This document shows positions 11,953 to 21,849 of a DNA stretch of 64,000 nucleotides, piece after piece. The notes under the pieces are model-generated. The model searched no databases and was not told where the DNA came from. It was given only the letters and a program-made list of their open reading frames with translations. Position 1 is the first letter of the stretch. The number at the start of each line of letters is the position of its first letter. The DNA comes from Macrostomum lignano (lineage: Eukaryota): NCBI GenBank assembly GCA_002269645.1, contig NIVC01003920.1:5652-69651 (forward strand), given 5' to 3'. The position numbers were made by a program, and so were the translations under genes.

Positions 11953-14900
11953 AAATTCATTGCAATTGTGGCAACATTTCTTCATTGTGCTACTGGAATG
12001 CAGGACTATAGCTCAGAAATGCCAAGTAGTAAGTATTGCAATATTTTCTATATTTTCAGCTTTTAAAATAAAGTTTTGAAATTTAAAGGACTGATATATC
12101 CAAGTTTTGAGTATAAATTATAATTCTCTGCTTAACTGTGTTGTGCTTTTTTGTTTGAATTTTTGGTCAATCCAGCTTGCTGTGTGAGATTTCAATTTCA
12201 GGGAAGTTAGTTTTTTTGTTACACACTAAATAACACAAGTGACAAAAAATCCATTTGTCAGTTTTGACCATCACTCCGCCATTTGCTCTGCTGGATCACG
12301 ATAAAACTGTGACCTTCAACTGCTCTGCTGCCGCTGTGGGACCGGCCATAGACTACAACAGAGTGACTGTGCAGTGCAACCGTCGGCCCCTGCCCATCAG
12401 CTGCCAGGCCAGCTACGCCCTGTATTATTCCAGTCACACCTGCAGCACCAGCCTGCTGGAGTCGGCCGACTGTCTCTGCGTGTCTAGCGGAGACCCATCT
12501 GGCAACTCAGCCGATGTGAAAGCTGCCGTGTCGCACGATGCTGCGATGTACATTGCGTGTAAGTTTTCCCGAAAAGTGCGATATTCGCTATATAAGGAAG
12601 CACCAAATTATCGATACCGAAATCCATTGCCTGCTGTGATTGGGTAGCAGCTGTGAGCTGCAGCTCACCCTGCTGTGATTGGATAGCAGCTCTGAGCTGC
12701 AGCTCACCCTGCTGTGATTGGGTAGCAGCTGTGAGCTGCAGCTCACCCTGCTGTGATTGGATAGCAGCTCTGAGCTGCAGCTCACCCTGCTGTGATTGGA
12801 TAGCAGCTCTGAGCTGCAGCTCACCCTGCTGTGATTGGACGGCAGCTCTGAGCTGCAGCTCACCCTGCTGTGATTGGATAGCAGCTCTGAGCTGCAGCTC
12901 ACCCTGCTGTGATTGGATAGCAGCTCTGAGCTGCAGCTCACCCTGCTGTGATTGGACGGCAGCTCTGAGCTGCAGCTCACCCTGCTGTGATTGGACGGCA
13001 GCTCTAAGCAATGTTAAGAATGCAGAGTAGGAATTGTGGTCCTCACAGTCTCAGCATCGCATTCGCCAGCAGCTAAAGCCGTGCACAGCCTTCAGTTTCG
13101 CCTTGCAGTGGCAGAGGCTCTGCCGTTGCCTGCACATCTGGCCACATTATTGAATTAGCATTCTATAAAGTATTTATTTACACTTCTGTAAAAATTATAA
13201 ATATCCATACATAAACGGATATAACAGATGGGTAAATAGGCAGATAGGCTATTTCAGCCTATTCTACGTGCAGAAGCAGGGCGCCCCACTCTTGGGGTTT
13301 TGCGTGCCCAGCAGCTCAGCTCGGCGTTTCTTCCGATTTCAGCGGCTCCGCAGTCGCCGCGCCTGGCCGCCTGCGAGTGGAACGAGAGCCTCGCCATGGG
13401 GTCGCCCTTCGTCTGCGAGCTGTGGCCCGGCCTGCTGGAGCTCGAGAGCCGCTCCGAGCTGCCTCTGAGAGCCGCCGAGCTTTCGCTAAACGTTAGCTTT
13501 AGCCACTGGTCAGCGACTCGGGTGTTTGTGCATGTCTAGTGCATGTCAGGGAACCTTCCCACCGAGTGAGGAACTCCCTACTCCAGTAAGAATTTTCCCA
13601 CCGAGAGGAACTCCCTACTCCAGTAAGAATTTTCCCACCGAGAGGAACTCCCTACTCCAGTAAGAATCTTCCCACCGAGTGAGGAACTCCCTACTCCAGT
13701 AAGAATCTACCCACCGAGAGGAACTCCCTACTCCAGTAAGAATCTACCCACCGAGAGGAACTCCCTACTCCAGTAAGAATCTTCCCACCGAGAGGAACTC
13801 CCTACTCCAGTAAGAATCTTCCCACCGAGAGGAACTCCCTACTCCAGTAAGAATCTACCCACCGAGAGGAACTCCCTACTCCAGTAAGAATCTTCCCACC
13901 GAGAGGAACTCCCTACTCCAGTAAGAATCTACCCACCGAGAGGAACTCCCTACTCCAGTAAGAATCTTCCCACCGAGAGGAACTCCCTACTCCAGTAAGA
14001 ATCTACCCACCGAGAGGAACTCCCTACTCCAGTAAGAATCTTCCCACCGAGAGGAACTCCCTACGCAAACTGCAGGGCAAACGGCTACACGTGGCAGCAG
14101 TGCGACATGAGCGGCGCGTCGGCAGCCCCCAGCATCCTGAATCGCTGCCCCACTGGCCAGTCCCTGTGCTGCGACTGTGACTCTGCAGCCGCGGCCGCTG
14201 CCTCCGCCAAACCGCAACGCTGCGTCTGGCTCGCTGCCGATTTCGAGGAGTTCGCCAACGACACCCTCCTGGTGCGCCTGGGCGTGTGCAACCGGCTGGG
14301 CTGGTGCAGCAGCAAGCAGCTGGTGCTGGACAGGTCCGACTACAGTGAGTGTTGGGTTTTGGACTGTTATTAAGCCTTTGCATTTGAGTTCGTGTTATTA
14401 CTATAAGTAGTAGTGTGAGCAATACAGAGCAAGAATTTTCGTGCTTCACCGATTAAACAATCCCCAGAGCGGCCCCTCCCGCTGCTCCTGAGGAACGTGA
14501 CCTTCGCGGTGAGCCCGACCGGTGACTCCGTGCTGGCTTGGCTGCTGCCGCTGCCGCAGCTGCACCACCTCACCACCGCCTTTGACACGGAGGTTTCGAT
14601 GACGGCTGGCAGTCATCTGCTCGCCCGAAACTCCACTCGAACAGTGTCGGCGCCGCTGAGCTTAGCCGTGCCGCCGCTGGCGACTTTGCAGTTCTGCGCC
14701 CGCCGGCGACCTGTCAATGGCCGGCACTGGAGCCAGCCGACCTGCTTGACTGCTCGCAGCCCACCCGCTCCGCTGCTGTGTCCGCCTGCTCAGGTTTAAC
14801 TGACATTTTGACTGTGCTCAGCCATATATGCCTATCTGCCATATATCTCGGACCTGCATGAATCCGTCTCGGACCTGCATGAATCCATCTTGGACCTGCA

Positions 14901-17900
14901 CGAATCCATCTCGGACCTGCATGAATCCATCTCGGACCCGCATGAATCCGTCTCGGACCTGCATGAATCCGTCTCGGACCTGCATGAATCCATCTCGGGC
15001 CCGCATGAATCCATCTCGAACCTGCATGAATCCATCTCGGACCTGCACGAATCCATCTCGGACCTGCATGAATCCATCTCGGACCTGCATGAATCCGTCT
15101 CGGACCTGCACGAATCCGTCTCGGACCTGCATGAATCCGTCTCGGACCTGCATGAATCCGTCTCGGACCTGCATGAATCCATCTCGGACCTGCACGAATC
15201 CATCTCGGACCTGCATGAATCCATCTCGGACCTGCATGAATCCGTCTCGGACCTGCACGAATCCGTCTCGGACCTGCATGAATCCGTCTCGGACCTGCAT
15301 GAATCCGTCTCGGACCTGCACGACTCGATCCTTTTTGCAACCGCATAAATAACTCCCGCTGGATGCCTGATCTCAGCTGCCATTCCGATTCCGCAGTCAT
15401 TCGTTGACGCAACCTGGCGCTATTTGTGGATCGGCATGTCGGAGCTCGGCTGCGTCTCCCACTCGGCCGAGGCCGCCGCCGCATCTGCAGCCGCCAATTT
15501 GTCGGCCTGTTCCCCGCCGCTGCCCGAATCCAGCGATCTCGTGCAGTGCCGCTGCGAGCGCTGGCCCGGCTACCTACAGCGCCACCCGGCGACCGCCGCT
15601 TGCCGTCAGCGACAGTCCGAGGGGCTCGGTGGCTCCTCGGCCAGTCAGCAGCCTGTAGCGAGTTGGTGCAGAAAAATTCAGCTTGATCCTCCTGAGTGAG
15701 CCTTCTCCACAGTACTGCATTGCTTTCGGGATCGCATGTAACCTGTTGAGCATGAGGGAGACCTGTTAAGCATGAGGGAGACCTGTTAAGCATGAGGGAG
15801 ACCTGTTAAGCATGAGGGAGACCTGCTAAGCATGAGGGAGACCTGTTAAGCATGATAGAGACCTGTTAAGCATGATGGAGACCCGTTAAGCATGAGAGAG
15901 ACCTGTTAAGCATGAGGGAGACCTGTTAAGCATGAGGGAGACCTGTTAAGCATGAGGGAGACCTGTTAAGCATGATGGAGACCTGTTAAGCATGAGGGAG
16001 ACCTGTTAAGCATGATGGAGACCTGTTAAGCATGAGGGAGACCTGTTAAGCATGAGGGAGACCTGTTAAGCATGATGGAGACCTGTTAAGCATGATGGAG
16101 ACCTGTTAAGCATGAGGGAGACCTGTTAAGCATGAGGGAGACCTGTTAAGCATGAGGGAGACCTGTTAAGCATGATGGAGACCTGTTAAGCATGATGGAG
16201 ACTTGTTAAGCATGAGGGAGACCTGTTAAGCATGAGGGAGACCTGTTAAGCATGAGGGAGACCTGTTAAGCATGAGGGAGACTGGAGGCGGCAGTCGCAG
16301 CCAGGGAGGAGACTCTAAGCTTCATCATTCCACCAGTCCCCGAGCACACATAGTGAGGCCAGTAGCCCAACTACAGTAAGTACCTTGGCTTGGAGACTAT
16401 TGGGTCTCTGCTACAGCTGTTATATCAACTCTGCCCAACTCCACAGCTCCAACGCCTCGTTGACGGGCTCCGGCCTGCCAGCCGCTTCGGGCCTCACTCG
16501 CCTGCAGCCGCTGCTGCTGCAGTGCCGCGGCGGCGGCTCCACCCCGCTGATTTCGGAGGACGGCGCTGCCTGCCAGTCCAACCGGCTGCTGCTGCTGCTG
16601 CGCGCCAACTCGTTGTGGCTCTCCGGCCCCCTGATGACGCTCAGCTGCTCAGCCGCTGCCAACCGGACCGCGGTGCGCGCCGTGGCTGCTGAATGCTGGG
16701 CAGCAGGCGGTGCCAACGCCCACCTGCTGTGCCTGTCGGTGTCCTCCGACTGCCTCCTGGAGGACGGCGGCCGCTTCCGCTGCCCGAGCTTGGCGTCTCT
16801 CGCCCGAGCTCTCGGCTGCCCCTTCGAGTCTCGAACCAGCGGCGCCGTCTTCCCCCCTTTGCTTCTGCCGCTGATTGTTGCCGTTCTTGTCTGCCCCATT
16901 CTGTTGCTGTTTTGCTTTGTGAGGAAAGAAGGTCGTCCCTGCCTGCGCCGGAATCCGCCAGTTCCTCCTGCCAGAGATTATGGGCCCGAACCTGGCTCTG
17001 AGGCCGATCGGGTTAGTCAGTTTGCACTTTTGTCCTGAGTTGCACTTTTACAGCTTGGATTTTGTTGTAGTCTGAGTTGGATTCTGTTGCAGTCTGAGTT
17101 GGATTCTGTTGCAGTCTGAGTTGGATTCTGTTGCAGTCTGAGCTGGATTCTGTTGCAGTCTGAACTGGATTCTGTTGCAGTCTGAACTGGATTCTGTTAC
17201 AGTCTGAACTGGATTCTGTTGCAGTCTGAACTGGATTCTGTTACAGTCTGAACTGGATTCTGTTGCAGTCTGAACTGGATTCTGTTGCAGTCTGAACTGG
17301 ATTCTGTTACAGTCTGAACTGGATTCTGTTACAGTCTGAACTGGATTCTGTTACAGTCTGAACTGGATTCTGTTGCAGTCTGAACTGGATTCTGTTACAG
17401 TCTGAGCTGCATTCTGTTGCAGTCTGAGCTGGATTCTGTTGCAGTCTGAGCTGGATTCTGTTGCAGTCTGAGTTGGATTCTGTTGCAGTCTGAACTGGAT
17501 TCTGTTGCAGTCTGAGCTGGATTCTGTTGCAGTCTGAGTTGGATTCTGTTGCAGTCTGAGCTGGATTCTGTTGCAGTCTGAGTTGGATTCTGTTGCAGTC
17601 TGAACTGGATTCTGTTGCAGTCTGAGCTGGATTCTGTTGCAGTCTGAGTTGGATTCTGTTGCAGTCTGAGCTGCATTCTGTTGCAGTCTGAGCTGCATTC
17701 TGTTACAGTCTGAGCTGGATTCTGTTACAGTCTGAGCTGGATTCTGTTGCAGTCTGAGCTGGATTCTGTTGCAGTCTGAGCTGGATTCTGTTGCAGTCTG
17801 AGCTGGATTCTGTTACAGTCTGAGCTGGATTCTGTTACAGTCTGAGCTGGATTCTGTTACAGTCTGAGCTGGATTCTGTTGCAGTCTGAGCTGGATTCTG

Positions 17901-18251
17901 TTGCAGTCTGCAGACAATTTGGGTTGCCTCTGAACTAAATGTGTCAGAAGGTCTGGGAGCGGCCAACTCAGAGCTCACGCAAACGTCACCCCGCAGGTGA
18001 ACTGCAGGTACTCGCTGTCCAACGTCGCCGGCTGGCACTCGGACCGCACGGAGTCCACGAGGGCCACGAAGGAAGCGGAGAGCCCCAATAGCCAGAGCAA
18101 GGCGCTGCGAATGGGTGAGGCTGCTGTGCTATGGAGGGTAGGCAGTGCCATGCATTGAGTCGGGCAGAGCTGATAATCTCATTAAACAATTTCGCACCTG
18201 GCAGAAATCGCAGAGGGCTACCAGCCCTGGTCGGAGCAGGGCGGCATTTGA
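11953..18251 (+). CDS. Multi-exon class I cytokine-receptor-like (gp130/Domeless-like) Ig/FN3 membrane protein; first exon not located
   Basis: Exons approximately 11953-12028 (signal-peptide-like KFIAIVATFLHCATG), 12262-12558 (Ig-like LTITPP...VTFNCSA), ~13259-13510, 14076-14344 (Cys-rich, VRLGVCNRLGWCSS), 14468-14793 (RPLPLLLRNVT...LQFCARRRPVNGRHWSQP, WSxWS-like), 15397-15695, 16337-16375, 16417-17011 (ends with hydrophobic LLLPLIVAVLVCPILLLFCFV then RKEGR..NPPVPPA), ~17914-18115, 18205-18251 (EIAEGYQPWSEQGGI*). Several junction phases match; the exon structure at 12560-13510 and 17914-17997 is uncertain. Confidence 0.55.
12631..13006. repeat. 39-bp minisatellite, ~9.5 copies, intronic
   Basis: Unit CAGCTCACCCTGCTGTGATTGGATAGCAGCTCTGAGCTG. 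Confidence 0.95.
13556..14063. repeat. 37-bp minisatellite, ~13 copies, intronic
   Basis: Unit ACCGAGAGGAACTCCCTACTCCAGTAAGAATCTTCCC; ends 12 nt before the acceptor at 14075. Confidence 0.95.
14845..15325. repeat. 21-bp minisatellite, ~23 copies, intronic
   Basis: Unit ATCCGTCTCGGACCTGCATGA. Confidence 0.95.
15741..16283. repeat. 20-bp minisatellite, ~27 copies, intronic
   Basis: Unit ACCTGTTAAGCATGAGGGAG. Confidence 0.95.
17059..17910. repeat. 22-bp minisatellite, ~38 copies, intronic
   Basis: Unit GGATTCTGTTGCAGTCTGAGCT, each copy with an acceptor-like TTCTGTTGCAG; runs into CTGCAG at 17913. Confidence 0.95.
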
Positions 18252-19105
18252 GAAGTGGCGTCTGCTGAACACAGAACCGATTTCAGAAGCTCAAGAATGC
18301 TTGCCTTCGGGAGCCCCAACAGTCATTTCTCTGTGTTTAATCAATTTAATCAATTTTTTATCGAATTTCATAGCCCGTTTTTCAGGCGGGTGTTTTTTAA
18401 ATAAATTCTTTACAGCCCAGTAGTTTTATTATTCATTAGCATCGAAATCTAAACAAAAACTGTACACCGCCATTCTGAAGTATTGATTTTTGCATTTTGC
18501 TCTTTGTTGTCACAGAAGTCTTCAATGAATGCATGAATTATTTACTGCCTGATTTTGGCCGTCAGTTCGTATTAAGGTGCGATGTATATTTACACTGCAA
18601 TGAGTCTGATTCGAATCTCTAAGCACTTGTTTTTACTTTTTACACCCATCATGCCCTCGGTGTTGTCCTGTGTCTGTTGTAATTCGCTGGCTTGCAGACA
18701 GCAGCACTTCAATTGCATTTTCCCACTGCCTGTTCACGAGCTCCCGCTGACCCGGAGTCATTGAATTGAATGCCTTTGTTTGTTGCAATTTCTGCTTTCA
18801 TTTTCCCTGGACTCAGTGGTCCCATTAATGGCTCACTGCATGACTCATTGTGAAATCGCTTCAATTGAGCTCAAGTTATCTCTAATCCGTTTGTTAGTCC
18901 GAATTTATTCTCAAATGGTCTGATTTTCTGGCATCCACAGTAAGTCAATTAAAACCGTGTACAGCGGCCTGCTGGCTTCAATCCATACAGCTGCTGCTGC
19001 CATCAAATGAGGCAAATTTCTGCGTGATCCCACGGCTTGCTCATCTTTTCCCAGGTGATTTGGCGGCTCAATTGATGGCGGTTTGAACGCGACTTTGCTC
19101 ACCAC

Positions 19106-19531
19106 CAAGGTTGGGCGAGTATTGGCCGGGGTTCAGCTACTTCCGAGTACCGAGCAGTCTAACCCAGGGCCAGGGGTAACCGAGTACCGAGCTAGCAGTC
19201 TAACCCAGGGCCAGGGGTAACCGAGTACCGAGCTAGCAGTCTAACCCAGGGCCAGGGGTAACCGAGTACCGAGCTAGCAGTCTAACCCAGGGCCAGGGGT
19301 AACCGAGTACCGAGTGCAAAAAGACAAAATCAAAAGCGTACTGAACTGTTCAGTTTTATCTTCAACGTTTTAAAAGTTGATTTCCTACTGCCTTTTCTAG
19401 GAAGCAAAATCGAGAATGTTACTCTTAAGGTTTTAATCCCACCAGTCGAGACAAAACTTGACAGTTCAGTTGCGAATTGTTGTTTTTTTGTGCTTGCTCG
19501 TACCGTACACGTCAAAACACGCCCACCCCTA
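19106..19531. mobile_element. Possible degenerate hAT-type MITE with an internal 41-bp tandem array (19143-19315, ~4 copies)
   Basis: Imperfect TIR CAAGGTTGGGCG versus CGCCCACCCCTA; only a partial 8-bp TSD match. Unit TAACCCAGGGCCAGGGGTAACCGAGTACCGAGCTAGCAGTC. Confidence 0.35.
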
Positions 19532-19654
19532 GGTCATCACTCAGTAACTGCAAACTAAATATAACCACTTGCCTGCACTCGTCTTGTTTGGTTTGAAATC
19601 CACCTATACTAAATGTCTAAGATTTGTCTGTCCATTTCATATACTAAAATTCAT

Positions 19655-20995
19655 ATGATGGGTTTTGACCTTTCAGGCCCCTTGTGGGGAAGCCTTCGGG
19701 CCTCAGGTCTCAGAAATAAATCAATTAGAGTCCTGGCCCCCCACTCCTGTCAGATGGTCAGCCCCATGGTAGCTTGATCGTGTGGCGAGCAGTCTAGGTC
19801 CTATAGCTAAGAGAGGGACAGCGAGAGACAAGCAGGGAGAATTCTGAAGGTAGAAATTAGCTAATCCGCAGACTAAGCTAACTCGCTGCCACCAGCCCGT
19901 GCGTCCTGGCTCACCACACCGGGACTCTCGAAATCGGGCTTCCGACTAGAAGGGGCTTTGCACTTACCTGCCAACTAGTGTCTTTTTGCTGTCTATCTCG
20001 AAGTCATAGCCGATGATAAGGGACACTGCTGGGACTAGATCGCATTGGCCATGCAGGTACAGAGGGGACTTGTGCAGGGGATTCTTGCAGTGGCGAGTCT
20101 ATGGGGTAGCTACATGTACTATTACATTGCTAAATACGAAGATATGTACTTTTGGCCTTCAACGCGCCAACTAGCCTCTCATAGCGCTGATGATAGACTA
20201 ACTCGAACTTCAGAGACCGCATGATTCAGTACCCGAGCCGCTTGGCGAACCTGGAGTGCACAAAGTACATCTCCGGCGCCGATTTTGCACTATTGGCAAT
20301 TTTTGCTCACCGATTTGGTAGATCGATCGACTGAGAACTGCCTTGCCATTGGTCCACTGTGACCGGCGCCTACTAGCTTAGCTACTCATCTGAACCATTG
20401 GCGAACAAAGAAATAAAACCGATAAAAATAACTGTCAGATTTAACCTTCTCCTTAAATCACTTCACACTTCAGATCGAATTCAGTTTTTCAGTAGTTTCA
20501 GACTACTAGCAGTATTCTTGAATGACTTCTGCCTCAGCAACAGCACTACTGAACAAACTGAGCTAAAGTGTGCGCCTAATCCAGCTACTGAAACAGGGGA
20601 CAGATAGGGGGTCACCCAATCAAGCAAGTCTAGGTAGCCTCTCACCCAACCAATCAGAAACTCAACAGCCGGAGACCAGGTAATCCACAGTGACCGAATC
20701 GGATTGATGCTTCGCAGCTGTAGACTCGGGATGATGCTGACACAATCCACCTGCGCCTGACACAACTGAGTGAGGCGCAGGTGGCTGTCAGATAAACTTT
20801 GAAAGCGATGATTTACGACCCAAAAAGCTGCGCCTGTTATTATGACTACTAGTATGACCAAACATTATATCTAGTACAGATTCTATGACAATTCGCAGAA
20901 AAAGAATAAAAATGCCCTTAGCCTGCTGTCAGTAGGCTAGTAAGTTTAGAGCCCATGTGCTAGCGCGGGATTTGGGAAAAAGTGCGTCCTCATCA
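19655..20995 (-). repeat. Dispersed ~1.3 kb unclassified repeat, copy A (inverted relative to copy B)
   Basis: Reverse complement aligns by eye to 61276-61507 plus 62183-63258, with long near-identical stretches. Confidence 0.9.
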
Positions 20996-21849
20996 CATAC
21001 CTAAATATCTACTGAGTCTATTTATCAAGTGCTGCATGCACAGTATAGCACCGTGCTGCTTTGTTGAGGAAGCGTTTGCCGTTAGGGAACGCTGTGCATG
21101 CTCTGATCTGAGGATTTTAACCTAACTTTATTATTAACTTTAAACTAATAAAACTACTATATGATTAGAACAGGCCCTGCTCAAGGCATGTACGTAGAGT
21201 GTCTAGTTAGCATCTGGGACACTGTTCTCATTCTTAACTTTCACTTTCTTAACTTCGTGAATCGTTTTTTGTAAGGATTTTTGAAAATGACACTCATTTG
21301 TGCCATGATGTATCAGCATTAGAAGCAATGAATTCAAAATTGGACACATGTGCAATTTTATTAATGACTACGCAAGGCACTAGCCTCTGAACTAGCAGTA
21401 TGTATTAGCGATTAGCTAGAGAAGCTAAATGCTTAACGAACTCGAAACCGCAGTAGCGATCGCACAGGACAAAAAAGCAGCAAAGCGGTAAGCAAATTTG
21501 TAAAACAGAGAAGCGAATGAAAAGTCGATCAAGAGCGAAACTCCTGCAGGCGAAACAATGAAGCCTCTCGGGTTTGGGCAAAATTGAACAGCATTTTGAC
21601 TGAAATGACAAGCAACATCCGTCTAAATTGTGATCTGCTGCATAGGGCAGCGCAGATTGTTAAGGCAATTTAAAAAGCAGACTGCAACTATAAGCGAGGC
21701 ATTTCGTTTCTGAGCATTCTGAGTAACCGACTGCAGATGTAGCTAACAGCTTATGCAGCTCGCGAGTCGCTTAATTTGATCAGTTATTTTATCTGCTTGA
21801 GTCAGCTGGCCACCACAGGCCGTTACTGCGGAACCCCCATCCGTTCCGC

